A stretch of 32,000 nt of DNA from positions 990,001 to 1,022,000 of the forward strand of contig NC_014972.1 in the NCBI RefSeq assembly GCF_000186885.1, given 5' to 3'. Source of the DNA: Desulfobulbus propionicus DSM 2032. GTDB taxonomy: Bacteria > Desulfobacterota > Desulfobulbia > Desulfobulbales > Desulfobulbaceae. How positions within the stretch are numbered: position 1 is the first letter of the stretch; every line of letters begins with the position of its first letter. The notes beneath the pieces were generated by a model. The model was not told the origin of the DNA, did not search any database, and saw only the letters and a list, made by a program, of their open reading frames with translations. A program made the position numbers and the translations under genes. Positions 9,748 through 20,433 of this stretch are shown piece by piece.

Positions 9748-10020
9748 TTATTTTTTCATGAACCGTAGCAGAACCTTATACTTCTTGATGTCCAGATCCT
9801 TGGGCAGGCTGGCGCCGTCGGCGATGAGCAGGGTCAGGACCTTGCCGTTGTGCGGGTCCTGGCGTTGCTGCCGCCGCCGTTCCTGGCCCAGGGGGCCAAC
9901 GATGCGATGACGCGGCTCGCGCACGTGGAGCAGTTCCGCTTCCACCGGCGCGCCGGTGGGGCCGGGCTTGCCGGTCGGCAGGCCAACCGGTTCGGTCGAA
10001 CCAATGATAATGTCCACCAT
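9748..10020 (-). CDS. Hypothetical 90-aa protein
   Basis: ATG at 10020 with a good Shine-Dalgarno (cagGGAGGaaagacATG), co-directional and 53 nt downstream of the ogt-like gene. No recognised family. Confidence 0.45.
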   Translation of the reverse strand: MVDIIIGSTEPVGLPTGKPGPTGAPVEAELLHVREPRHRIVGPLGQERRRQQRQDPHNGKVLTLLIADGASLPKDLDIKKYKVLLRFMKK

Positions 10021-10073
10021 GTCTTTCCTCCCTGAAAGGTTTACCCGGCAAGGGTAAATGATTTTCCCACAGA

Positions 10074-10574
10074 TTACGCCTCTTTTTTCTCCTGGTCCCT
10101 GTTTTGTCGTTCCAAGTCGAGCAGGGCCTGCTTCATCGCCAGGCCGCCGCCAAAACCGGTCAGCTTGCCGCCGGCTCCAATCAGACGGTGGCAAGGGATG
10201 ATGATCGCTAGGGGGTTGGCGTGGGCCGCGCCGCCCACTGCCCGCGCCTTTTGTCGGCCGCCGATGCATGCCGCCAGTTCGCCGTAGGTCAGGGTTTCGC
10301 CGTAGGGGATGGCGCGCAGCTGTGCCCAGACCTGCTGTTGAAACGGGGTGCCGTGGATGGACAGGGGGAGATCGAAGCGGTGCAGTCTGCCCGCGAGGTA
10401 GGCGAGCAGCTGCTGGCCGGCCTCGGCCAGCAGCGGCTGGCTGGCGAGCGCGACCAGCGAACCCGGCGGGAGCGGCGGCTGTTCGGCGGGAAAGAGCAGG
10501 CCGCGAAGGCCGATGTCGTCGGCGCTCAGGGTAAAGAGGCCAAACGGTGTGGGCAGGGTGGCGTTACACAGCAT
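10074..10574 (-). CDS. ogt: Methylated-DNA--protein-cysteine methyltransferase
   Basis: 166 aa with active-site motif IIIPCHRLIGAGGKLTGFGGGLAMKQALLDLE and the FQQQVWAQLRAIPYGETLTYGELA signature. Confidence 0.92.
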   Translation of the reverse strand: MLCNATLPTPFGLFTLSADDIGLRGLLFPAEQPPLPPGSLVALASQPLLAEAGQQLLAYLAGRLHRFDLPLSIHGTPFQQQVWAQLRAIPYGETLTYGELAACIGGRQKARAVGGAAHANPLAIIIPCHRLIGAGGKLTGFGGGLAMKQALLDLERQNRDQEKKEA

Positions 10575-10592
10575 GACGGTGGCTCCTGGTGG

Positions 10593-11135
10593 TCAAAAGG
10601 GGGCCGGGCTGCCGTGCGGCAGGCGGCGCAGTCGTTCGATCAGCGATGTTTCTATCCGGGTCTGACAACTGAGCACCGCCCCGGAGCGTTGGTAGAGCAG
10701 GGTCAGGTCGGCCGGATCGGCGCTGTTGAGGATGTGGCTGCAATTGTAGTTGAGGCAGAAGATCGGTTTGATCAGGAAGCGGCAGCCCCGGGGCCCAAGG
10801 AAGCCGCAACTGTCGCCGGAGTAGGCGTCAAAGGCGAGCGGAACGTCCAACAGCAGGTTGATCAGGAGCTGGAGGGCGTCGCTGTTGCCGGCCATGAAGG
10901 CGCTGCAACAGCCGCCGCCGGGCTGGGCGGCGCAGCCACTGCACAGGGGGCCCAGGTGCATGGCCCGCATCTGCTCGTCAAGCAGTTCGGCGTGGCGGCG
11001 CAGCTGTTGCAGCTCGGCTTGCAGGCAAGGATCGTGCTCCATGGCCGGCAATCCGGCCAGCAGGGCCCGGGCGCGGGCCAATTTGTCCATGGGCGTGCCG
11101 TCGTAGCAGGTTTGGAGAAGGCGGGTGTTGTCCAT
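10593..11135 (-). CDS. Cysteine-cluster protein of unknown function (possibly YkgJ-like)
   Basis: 180 aa with clustered cysteines (PLCSGCAAQPGGGCC, DSCGFLGPRGCRF, FCLNYNC, SCQTR). Only 18 nt from each neighbour, on the same strand. Confidence 0.7.
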   Translation of the reverse strand: MDNTRLLQTCYDGTPMDKLARARALLAGLPAMEHDPCLQAELQQLRRHAELLDEQMRAMHLGPLCSGCAAQPGGGCCSAFMAGNSDALQLLINLLLDVPLAFDAYSGDSCGFLGPRGCRFLIKPIFCLNYNCSHILNSADPADLTLLYQRSGAVLSCQTRIETSLIERLRRLPHGSPAPF

Positions 11136-11153
11136 CGGCTCGATTCCCGGGCT

Positions 11154-13064
11154 TTAGTTGATGGCTTGCAGCATGAAGTGTTTCCATGCCGGGGCCGCGG
11201 CCTGGCCGCCGGTTTCCCCCACGCCCAGCGACATGCTGCGGTCGTGGCCGATCCACACGCCGGTGGTCAGCTCTTGGGCGGAACCGATGAACCAGGCGTC
11301 GACGTTGTTGTCCGTGGTGCCGGTCTTGCCGCCGGCCCCGCGGATGCCGGCGGCATTCTTGCCCGTGCCCCGCAGGACCACCTGGGTCATGACCGATTTG
11401 AGCCAGGCAGCGGTTTCGGGAGCGATCACCTGTTGCCCCTGCGGCTGCGGCCAGGGGGTGATCCGCCCCTGCCGGTTGCCGACCCGGGTGATGGCCACCG
11501 GCGGGTGGTAGAGCCCCTGGTTGACAAAAGCGGTATAGGCGGCGGTCAGTTCCAGCAGCGAGACCGGCGAGGCCCCGAGGGCCAGGGCCAGGTTTGCATC
11601 CAGCGGCGCGGAAATGCCCATCCGCCTGGCCGTGCGGACAACCCGCTCCACCCCGATCTGCTGTGCCAGGCGCACCGCGATCACGTTGCTGGAACGGACC
11701 AGGGCCTCGGCCAGCGGCATCGGGCCGCGATACTCGTTGTTGAAATTGTGCGGCTGCCACGGCCGGCCATTGCCGCTGGTCAGGGAGAGGGGCGCGTCGT
11801 TGAACACCGCCGCCGGGGAAACGCCCTGTTCCAGGGCCGCGGCATACACGATCGGCTTGAAGGCGGAGCCCGGCTGGCGGTTGGCCTGCACTGCCCGGTT
11901 GAACTGGGTGGCGGTGAAATCGACCCCGCCGATCATCGCCCGGATGCGGCCGCTGGCGCTGTCCAGGGCCACCAGGGCACCTTGAGGCACGGCCAGATCG
12001 CTATGGCGGATGGCCACCCGGGTCACGCCGGCCTGGATCGCCTTGGCAGCCGCTTCCTGCAGCCGGGCATCGACGGTGGTGGCCACCTGCAACCCCTTGC
12101 GGTAGAGATCGGCCTCCTGGTATGTGGTGAGCAGTTGTCCGCGGACATAGGCGGAAAAATAACCATGGAGCGCCTGACGCCAGTTGCCGGCCAGTTGCAG
12201 CCCCTGATCGTAGGCCTCGCGCGCCGCCTCCGGGGTGATCAACCCATCCTCGGCCATGCGGTTGAGCACGTAGCGCTGCCGGTTTCTCGCCGCCTCCGGC
12301 TGCTTGAGCGGCGAATAGTTGCTCGGCGACTGCGGCAGTCCGGCCAACAGGGCGATCTCGCCCAGGTTCAACTGGCCCACCTCCTTGCCGAAATAGGTCA
12401 GGGCCGCGGCCTCGACCCCGTAGGCCCCCTCGCCGAGATAGATTTCATTGAGGTAGATGAACAAAATCTCCTCCTTGCTCAGCAGCCGTTCCAGGCGAAA
12501 GGAGAGCACCGCCTCGGCCAGCTTGCGGGTGTAGCTCTTTTCCCGGCTGAGCAGCAGGGCGCGGGTCACCTGCTGGGTAATGGTCGAACCGCCCTGGCTG
12601 CGCCGGCCGGAGCGGAGGTTGTTGAAGGCCGCGCGGGCGATCGACCAGCCGTCAAGGCCCTCGTGGCGCCAGAAGCGGCTGTCCTCGGCGGCGACAAAGG
12701 CCTGGGGCAGGAGGGCGGGGAAGCGTTCATAGGGGATGACGATGCGGAATTCCCGGGCAATGGCGTCGATCGGCCGGTTGGCGCGGTCAAGGATCAGGGT
12801 GGCCACCTGCGGCTGGTAATCGTCCACCGTACGGATGTCGGGCAGGGACATGAACCAGGCCAGCACCACACCGAGCAGCACGGTCACCGTCGCGGCAATG
12901 GTCAGCAGCAGACGGGACAGATGGCGCTCGTCCAGCACCCAGCCGCGATAGGGCGGCTCGGGCGGTTCCGGAAGCGGCGGCAATTGATGGGAGGCTTTGG
13001 TGGACAAGAACACGAAGAAACGGTAGTGTTGACATTCGCACGCTAGGAGGGGCGGTGACGCCAT
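11154..13064 (-). CDS. Penicillin-binding protein 1A-family bifunctional glycosyltransferase/transpeptidase
   Basis: Glycosyltransferase-51 motifs EDSRFWRHEGLD, QGGSTITQQVTRALLL, RKLAEAVLSFRLE. Transpeptidase motifs GSAFKPI (SxxK), SSN, KTGTT. N-terminal transmembrane segment. Start site uncertain. Confidence 0.9.
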   Translation of the reverse strand: MASPPLLACECQHYRFFVFLSTKASHQLPPLPEPPEPPYRGWVLDERHLSRLLLTIAATVTVLLGVVLAWFMSLPDIRTVDDYQPQVATLILDRANRPIDAIAREFRIVIPYERFPALLPQAFVAAEDSRFWRHEGLDGWSIARAAFNNLRSGRRSQGGSTITQQVTRALLLSREKSYTRKLAEAVLSFRLERLLSKEEILFIYLNEIYLGEGAYGVEAAALTYFGKEVGQLNLGEIALLAGLPQSPSNYSPLKQPEAARNRQRYVLNRMAEDGLITPEAAREAYDQGLQLAGNWRQALHGYFSAYVRGQLLTTYQEADLYRKGLQVATTVDARLQEAAAKAIQAGVTRVAIRHSDLAVPQGALVALDSASGRIRAMIGGVDFTATQFNRAVQANRQPGSAFKPIVYAAALEQGVSPAAVFNDAPLSLTSGNGRPWQPHNFNNEYRGPMPLAEALVRSSNVIAVRLAQQIGVERVVRTARRMGISAPLDANLALALGASPVSLLELTAAYTAFVNQGLYHPPVAITRVGNRQGRITPWPQPQGQQVIAPETAAWLKSVMTQVVLRGTGKNAAGIRGAGGKTGTTDNNVDAWFIGSAQELTTGVWIGHDRSMSLGVGETGGQAAAPAWKHFMLQAIN

Positions 13065-13160
13065 GATGGGCCGGGCTTTTCCCGCGAACCCCCGGGTTGT
13101 GCGGTTGTTACCATGATTTGAGCAATTCGGCACCGTTAAAGACACCCCCTTCCCGGACCC

Positions 13161-14999
13161 ATGTCGCGCATACGCATTCTTTCCGAACAGCTTGCCAACC
13201 AGATCGCCGCCGGCGAAGTGGTGGAACGTCCCGCCTCGGTGATCAAGGAATTGGTGGAAAACAGCCTGGACGCCTCAGCCGGCCGCATCGACATCCATGT
13301 CGAGGGCAGCGGCGGCACCCTGTTGCGGGTGGCCGACGATGGCTGCGGCATGGACGGTGACGACGTGCTGCTGTGCCTCGAACGTCACGCCACCTCCAAG
13401 ATTCGCGAGGAGGGGCAATTGGCGGCCATCTCTACCCTCGGGTTTCGCGGCGAGGCCATTCCCAGCATTGCCTCGGTGTCGTGGATGACCATTCTTTCCA
13501 GGCCGCAGACCCAGGAACTGGGCACCCGGGCCGAGATCCGCTACGGCACCCTGCGCGATGTTCATCAGGCCGGATGCGGCCGGGGCACGGTGATCGAGGT
13601 GCGCCATCTGTTTGGCAACATGCCGGCGCGCAAAAAATTCCTCAAGTCGGCGCGCACCGAAATGCACCACATCGAGGAGGTGGTCAGGAACCAGGCCCTA
13701 GCCCATCCGCAGGTCGGCTTCACCCTCCATGTCGATGGCCGGGTGGCACTGGAGTATTCGCCGGGTGCCGATCTGCAGCGCCGGGTACGCGAGGTGTTCC
13801 GCTACCGGGAAACGCTGCTGCCGCTGGCCGTGGCGGCAGAGGACGAAGGTGACGGGATGATGCTGGAGGGCTATCTGCTGCTGCCGGAGGCGGCGCAGGC
13901 AACCAATGCCCGTCTGCGTATCCTGGTCAACGACCGGCCGGTGCAGGACGCGATGATCCGCCATGCGGTGGTCGAGGGCTTGCAGGGATTTCTCATGAAG
14001 GGCTTTCAGCCGGCCGGTGCCCTGCTGCTGACCGTTTCTCCGGATCAGGTGGATGTCAACGTCCATCCGGCCAAACGGGAGATTCGTTTCCGCAGGAGCG
14101 AGGCGGTGCACCGGTTCATCGTCGATCGGGTGGCCGCGGCCATGTGCGGTTACCAGCAGAGCCAGCGTCATAGCCTGTTCGCCCCGCCGTCCTCCTCGTC
14201 CAGGGCGTGGCCGGTGGACAGCGGCGAGGCACTCCGATCGGTTCCTCCTGCCATGACGATGACCACCGCCGAGCCGGTGGAGCAACAGCCTTTGCCCGCA
14301 ATGGACAGGTATGGTCGGTCGACGCCGGCGATGGCCGCGCCGTTGGCCGCCCCGCCGAGCCCGGCAAGTCCCTTTGCCGTGGTTCCGTCGCCCCCTGCCG
14401 GGGGAGCGGCCGGCCTGACCCTGATCGGCCAGCTGTTTTCCTTGTACCTGTTGTGCGAGCGGGAGGGCCAACTGGTGGTCATCGACCAGCACGCGGCCCA
14501 CGAGCGGCTTCTGTACGGCCAGTTGCGACAGGGGTATCAGGAGGCTCAGATTCCCCGCCAGACCCTGCTGTTTCCGGTGACCGTCGAACTGACCCCGGCG
14601 CAGGCCGAGACCCTGGAGCAGAAGAGCGAGGCCGTTGCCGCTCTCGGACTGCAGGCCGAGCCCTTTGGCGAGGCCACCGTGGTCATCAAGGCGATGCCGG
14701 CTCTGGTCAGCCATGTGGAGCCCGGCGGGCTGCTGCGGGAGGTGCTCGACGGGCTGCGGGGCCCATTGCCGGTCGCAGCCGACCGGACGGTGCCCCAGGC
14801 GGTGGACGATCTGCTTGCCTCCATGGCTTGCAAGGCGGCGATCAAGGCGGGCAACCGCCTGCAGCCGGCGGAAATGCTCAAGCTGCTGCACCAGATGGAA
14901 ACCAGCGAGGTGTTCACGCACTGTCCCCACGGCCGGCCGGTGGTCAAGACCTTCTCCAGCCAGGAGGTGGAGCGATGGTTCCACCGCCACGGCGGTTGA
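13161..14999 (+). CDS. mutL: DNA mismatch repair protein MutL
   Basis: 612 aa beginning MSRIRILSEQLANQIAAGEVVERPASVIKELVENSLDA, with DDGCGM, TLGFRGEA, GTVIEVRHLFGNMPARKKFLKS, and C-terminal DQHAAHERLL / CPHGRP. Confidence 0.97.
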   Translation: MSRIRILSEQLANQIAAGEVVERPASVIKELVENSLDASAGRIDIHVEGSGGTLLRVADDGCGMDGDDVLLCLERHATSKIREEGQLAAISTLGFRGEAIPSIASVSWMTILSRPQTQELGTRAEIRYGTLRDVHQAGCGRGTVIEVRHLFGNMPARKKFLKSARTEMHHIEEVVRNQALAHPQVGFTLHVDGRVALEYSPGADLQRRVREVFRYRETLLPLAVAAEDEGDGMMLEGYLLLPEAAQATNARLRILVNDRPVQDAMIRHAVVEGLQGFLMKGFQPAGALLLTVSPDQVDVNVHPAKREIRFRRSEAVHRFIVDRVAAAMCGYQQSQRHSLFAPPSSSSRAWPVDSGEALRSVPPAMTMTTAEPVEQQPLPAMDRYGRSTPAMAAPLAAPPSPASPFAVVPSPPAGGAAGLTLIGQLFSLYLLCEREGQLVVIDQHAAHERLLYGQLRQGYQEAQIPRQTLLFPVTVELTPAQAETLEQKSEAVAALGLQAEPFGEATVVIKAMPALVSHVEPGGLLREVLDGLRGPLPVAADRTVPQAVDDLLASMACKAAIKAGNRLQPAEMLKLLHQMETSEVFTHCPHGRPVVKTFSSQEVERWFHRHGG

Positions 15000-15119
15000 G
15001 ATTTATGGCGGGGGGACCGCCACGGTGAATTGACAGGTCTCTTTGTTCATGCTAAAAAAACGGCTTTTTCTCCCGGTTCGGCCCACTCTTTTCAACGCGA
15101 GACGATGGATGTACCAATC

Positions 15120-16433
15120 ATGAAGATCACCACACTCAACATCAACACCCCGGAAGGGCGGCAACGCCGCGCCGATCTGCGCAACCGGTTCACCGAGGAA
15201 GGCGATGGCGGCTGCCGCGAGGCGGTGGCGGCCATCCTTGCCCGGATACGCCGGGAGGGGGACGCGGCGGTGCTCGATTACTGCCGCCGGTTCGACAGCC
15301 CGGTGATGACCCTGGACACCCTGCGGGTCAGCGCGGAGGAGTTCGCCTTGGCCGAACGCGAGGTGGACGACCCGTTCCGCCAGACCCTGCGCCTGGCCGC
15401 CGAGCGGGTCCGTGTTTTTCACGAGCGTGAGCTGGAGGACTCCTGGATGCTGACCCGCGACGACGGCACCATCACCGGGCGGATGGTGCGGCCGGTGGAC
15501 AGTGCCGGCTTGTACGTGCCCGGCGGCAAGGAGGGCTCGACCCCGCTGGTCAGCTCGGTGCTGATGAACGGCATTCCGGCCCAGATCGCCGGGGTTGGCC
15601 GACGGGTAATGGTCACCCCCCCCAATCGCGAGGGCAGGGTCAACCCGGCCCTTTTGGTCGCGGCCCGCGAGATCGGCATCGACGAGGTGTACAAGATCGG
15701 TTCGGCCTGGGCCATCGCCGCCCTGGCTTTTGGCACCGAAAGCGTGCCGGCGGTGGATGTGATCGTCGGCCCGGGCAACCAGTACGTGGCCGAGGCCAAG
15801 CGCCAGGTCATGGGACGGGTGCGCATCGACATGCTCGCCGGCCCAAGCGAGGTACTGATCGTGGCCGACGACACCGCCCAGGCCGCCTTTGTCGCCGCCG
15901 ACATGCTCGCCCAGGCCGAGCACGATCCGCAGGCCCTGGCCATGGTCATCACCACCAGCGAGTCCCTGGCCGGGGCAATCGTCCGTGAACTCGAACTCCA
16001 GCTGCCGCAGCTGCCCCGGGCCGACATCGCCCGCACCGCCCTGAACGAGCGGGGTCTGATCCTGCTGGCCGACAGCCTGGAGCAGGCCATCGAGCTGGCC
16101 AACGAGATCGCCATCGAACACCTGGAACTGCAGATCGCCGAGCCCTGGCAGTGGCTGCCCAAAATTCGCCATGCCGGCGCCATCTTTCTTGGCTCGTGGA
16201 CGCCGGAGGCAGCGGGCGACTATGTCGCCGGCCCCAATCATGTGCTGCCGACCATGGGCACGGCCCGGATCGCCTCGGCCCTGGGCGTGGAGACCTTCCT
16301 CAAGAAGAGTTCGATCATTTCCTATTCGCGCCAGGCCCTGGAGGCCGACGGTAACCATATCCGCCGTCTGGCCGCGCTCGAGGGGCTGACCGCGCACGGC
16401 AATTCGGTGGCCATCCGCCTTGGCCAGCGATAA
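15120..16433 (+). CDS. hisD: Histidinol dehydrogenase
   Basis: Start at MKITTLNI (in-frame ATG at 15105 also possible). Signature motifs GLYVPGGKEGSTPLVSSVLMNGIPAQIAGV, VDVIVGPGNQYVAEAKRQV, DMLAGPSEVLIVAD, AEHDPQA, GPNHVLPT. Confidence 0.96.
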   Translation: MKITTLNINTPEGRQRRADLRNRFTEEGDGGCREAVAAILARIRREGDAAVLDYCRRFDSPVMTLDTLRVSAEEFALAEREVDDPFRQTLRLAAERVRVFHERELEDSWMLTRDDGTITGRMVRPVDSAGLYVPGGKEGSTPLVSSVLMNGIPAQIAGVGRRVMVTPPNREGRVNPALLVAAREIGIDEVYKIGSAWAIAALAFGTESVPAVDVIVGPGNQYVAEAKRQVMGRVRIDMLAGPSEVLIVADDTAQAAFVAADMLAQAEHDPQALAMVITTSESLAGAIVRELELQLPQLPRADIARTALNERGLILLADSLEQAIELANEIAIEHLELQIAEPWQWLPKIRHAGAIFLGSWTPEAAGDYVAGPNHVLPTMGTARIASALGVETFLKKSSIISYSRQALEADGNHIRRLAALEGLTAHGNSVAIRLGQR

Positions 16434-17073
16434 CCGGCAATTGCTCCGCACCGGTTCCCAGCGGCTGGGCATTCCGCTGGGCGACGAGGCCATCGAGCGG
16501 CTGCTCATCTATCTCGCTCAACTGATGAAGTGGAGCCGGCGGGTCAACCTGATCGCCCGCGACACCCCGGAAGAGCAGGCGGTCGAACTTCATTTCCTCG
16601 ATTCGCTCACCCTGGCGCCGCTGCTGCAGGAGCCGGAGGCGGTGCACCTGCTCGATGTCGGTACCGGTGCCGGTTTTCCCGGCCTGGTGCTGGCCTGCGT
16701 GCTGCCCGAGGCCCGGTTCACCCTGGTGGAGCCCCGGCAGAAACGGGTCAGCTTTCTCCGTCACCTGATCCGTACCCTGGGGCTGAGCAACACGGAGGTG
16801 GTCGCCGACCGGCTCGAACCCCATGCCCAGGCCTGGCAAGGACGATTTACCCACGTCACCAGCCGGGCCGTGGCCGAGCCGGGCCTCTTCCTGCCGCTGG
16901 TCCGGCCCCTGGCCATCCCCGAGGCCCGGGTGATCCTGATGCTCGCCCGCGAGCACACACTGGCCGGCATCGAAACCCTCGCTTCCGGGCCGTGGCGGAT
17001 TGCCGAGACCCGCGCGTTCGCCTTGCCCTTTTCCGGCGCGCCCCGGCTGCTGGCCGTTGTCTGTCCTGCCTGA
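16420..17073 (+). CDS. rsmG: 16S rRNA (guanine-N7)-methyltransferase, RsmG family
   Basis: 217 aa, apparent TTG start overlapping hisD by 14 nt. Motifs MKWSRRVNLIA, LDVGTGAGFPGLVLA, FTLVEPRQKRVSFL, SRAVAEP. Confidence 0.9.
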   Translation: MASDNRQLLRTGSQRLGIPLGDEAIERLLIYLAQLMKWSRRVNLIARDTPEEQAVELHFLDSLTLAPLLQEPEAVHLLDVGTGAGFPGLVLACVLPEARFTLVEPRQKRVSFLRHLIRTLGLSNTEVVADRLEPHAQAWQGRFTHVTSRAVAEPGLFLPLVRPLAIPEARVILMLAREHTLAGIETLASGPWRIAETRAFALPFSGAPRLLAVVCPA

Positions 17074-17105
17074 GGTGCGCCTTTTTCTGGAATAATCGCG
17101 GATGA

Positions 17106-18260
<1,155 letters not shown>

Positions 18261-18283
18261 ACCATCAGCAGGGAGGGAAAGGC

Positions 18284-19204
18284 ATGCCGAGAAGGAAAAA
18301 CATCATTCTAATCGCCAACAGTTCCGCCACGCAAATGGCCGCCAAGGTGGCCAGGGAGCTGGATATTCCGGTGACCGAGATGATCACCCGCACCTTTGCC
18401 GACGGCGAGCTGTACCATGCCTTTCCCCGTGACATCGCCGGCCACGACCTGGTGATCATCGCCAACACCCCGGACGATTGCGCCCATCAGGAACTGATCG
18501 ACCTGGTCACCGGGGCGCGTTACTGGAATGCCCTGTCGGTCAACGTGGTCATTCCCTACCTGGGCTACTCGACCATGGAGCGGGCCAAGCCCGAGTCGGG
18601 CGAGATTCCCAAGGGGATCACCCGCACCCGGCAGATCTTCCGCGCCCGGCCCGACTATGTCGCCTTTCTCGATCTCCACTCCGAGTCGGTGATGCATGCC
18701 CACAGCGGCGAGGTGCGCACCCGCCATCTGTGGACCGAGCAGGTGGCCGCCGAGAAGATCCGCCAGCTGCACATCGACAATCCGGTGCTGGTATCGCCGG
18801 ATTATGGCTTTTCCAAACGGGTGGCGCGGCTGGCCGGGCTGCTCGGCTGCCCGCACACCGCCGCCAACAAGGACCGCTACGATGTCGACCAGACCATTGT
18901 CGGCCAGTTGTCCGGCGCGGTGCGGGGCCGGACCGCGATCATCTGCGACGACATGATCCGCACGGGCGGCTCCATGCTCCAGACCGTGGATCGCTGCTAT
19001 CAGGCGGGCGCGGTCGGAGTGATGGTCATGGCCACCCATTTGGTCCTGGCCGGCAATGCCCGGGAGCGCTTTCTGGAAAAGGGGATCGGCTGCATCATCG
19101 GCGCCGACACCTATCCGGGCCGGGAGAGCGACGACCTGCTCCAAGTCTATTCGGTGGCCCCGGTGATCGCCGATGAATTGAAGGGATATTTTCGCCTGCA
19201 CTGA
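18284..19204 (+). CDS. Divergent ribose-phosphate pyrophosphokinase (PRPP synthetase)-like protein
   Basis: 306 aa. [29 protein letters not shown], and PRPP-binding-loop-like [13 protein letters not shown] match the PRPP synthetase fold, but the RQDRK-type ATP region is replaced ([18 protein letters not shown]). Confidence 0.8.
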   Translation: MPRRKNIILIANSSATQMAAKVARELDIPVTEMITRTFADGELYHAFPRDIAGHDLVIIANTPDDCAHQELIDLVTGARYWNALSVNVVIPYLGYSTMERAKPESGEIPKGITRTRQIFRARPDYVAFLDLHSESVMHAHSGEVRTRHLWTEQVAAEKIRQLHIDNPVLVSPDYGFSKRVARLAGLLGCPHTAANKDRYDVDQTIVGQLSGAVRGRTAIICDDMIRTGGSMLQTVDRCYQAGAVGVMVMATHLVLAGNARERFLEKGIGCIIGADTYPGRESDDLLQVYSVAPVIADELKGYFRLH

Positions 19205-19242
19205 GCCAGGCGCAACATTGTGAACCACAGCGGAAGGAAACT

Positions 19243-20361
19243 ATGAAAAAAGTAGGTATTGTCGGCTGGCGCGGCATGGTCGGCTCCGTGCTCATGGAGC
19301 GGATGCGGCAGGAAGGGGATTTTCAGGGCTATGAGCCGCTATTTTTTTCCACCTCGCAGGCCGGGCAGGCCGGCCCGGAGGTCAACGGCACGGTCCATGA
19401 GCTGATGGACGGCCGCAACGTGGCGCTGCTGGCGGAGATGGACATCATCGTCTCCTGTCAGGGGGGCAGCTACACCGCCGAGGTGTATCCGCAGTTGATG
19501 GCCAAGGGGTGGCAGGGCTACTGGATCGACGCCGCCTCCAAGCTGCGGCTGGACGCCGATTCGATCATCGTCCTTGACCCGGTCAACCGCAAGGTGATCG
19601 ATCAGGGCTTGGCCAAGGGCATCAAGAAGTACATCGGCGGCAACTGCACCGTCTCGTTGATGCTCATGGCGCTCGGCGGCCTGTTCGAGCGCGGCTGGGT
19701 GGAGTGGATCAGCAGCCAGACCTATCAGGCCGCTTCCGGCGCCGGGGCCAAGAACATGCGCGAACTGGTGGAGCAGATGCGCCTGGTGGGCGAGAACGCC
19801 GGGTACCTGCTCGACAATCCGGCCTCGGCCATCCTCGAGCTGGATCGCAACGTGGTCGAGACCCTGCGCAACCCGGCCTTTCCGATCAATAATTTCGGCG
19901 CGCCCCTGGCCGGCAGCCTCATTCCCTGGATCGACACCGCCATGGACAACGGCCAGACCCGCGAGGAATGGAAGGGGGTCACCGAAACCAACAAGATCCT
20001 GGGCCTTGCTCCCGGCCAGATTCCGGTGGACGGCTGCTGCGTGCGCATCTCCGCCATGCGCTGTCACAGCCAGGCCTTTACCATCAAGCTGAACAAGGAT
20101 GTTCCCTTGACGGAGATCGAGCAGGCCATCGCCGGTCATAATCCATGGGTCCACTTGGTGGCAAATACCAAGGAACAGACCCTCAAGGAGCTGACCCCGG
20201 CCCGGGTCACCGGCACGCTCGATATCCCGGTGGGCCGGTTGCGCAAGATGAATCTCGGGCCCGAGTATGTCAGCGCCTTTTCCGTGGGCGATCAATTGCT
20301 CTGGGGCGCGGCCGAACCGGTGCGCCGGATGCTCAAGATTGCCCTGGAGCATATCGGGTAA
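19243..20361 (+). CDS. asd: Aspartate-semialdehyde dehydrogenase
   Basis: 372 aa. [26 protein letters not shown], active-site [38 protein letters not shown]. Confidence 0.96.
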   Translation: MKKVGIVGWRGMVGSVLMERMRQEGDFQGYEPLFFSTSQAGQAGPEVNGTVHELMDGRNVALLAEMDIIVSCQGGSYTAEVYPQLMAKGWQGYWIDAASKLRLDADSIIVLDPVNRKVIDQGLAKGIKKYIGGNCTVSLMLMALGGLFERGWVEWISSQTYQAASGAGAKNMRELVEQMRLVGENAGYLLDNPASAILELDRNVVETLRNPAFPINNFGAPLAGSLIPWIDTAMDNGQTREEWKGVTETNKILGLAPGQIPVDGCCVRISAMRCHSQAFTIKLNKDVPLTEIEQAIAGHNPWVHLVANTKEQTLKELTPARVTGTLDIPVGRLRKMNLGPEYVSAFSVGDQLLWGAAEPVRRMLKIALEHIG

Positions 20362-20392
20362 CCTCTCCCGCACGCACGGGGCAGAGAGCAGA

Positions 20393-20425
20393 GCCGCTTC
20401 CCATGCCGGGAAGCGGCTTTTTTTT
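20393..20425 (+). terminator. Intrinsic terminator downstream of asd
   Basis: GCCGCTTCCC-ATGCC-GGGAAGCGGC followed by a long T run (10-bp perfect stem). Confidence 0.9.
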
Positions 20426-20433
20426 TGTACGGA

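Noticed and set aside
10221-13046. 941-aa ORF on + strand
   Set aside because: Antisense shadow of the ogt, Cys-cluster and PBP1A genes in GC-rich DNA. Low-complexity translation (QGQVGRIGAVEDVAAIVVEAED...) with no family features, while the - strand frames have clear motifs.
15003-16508. 501-aa ORF on - strand
   Set aside because: Antisense to hisD, which has full signature motifs; no recognisable domain on this frame.
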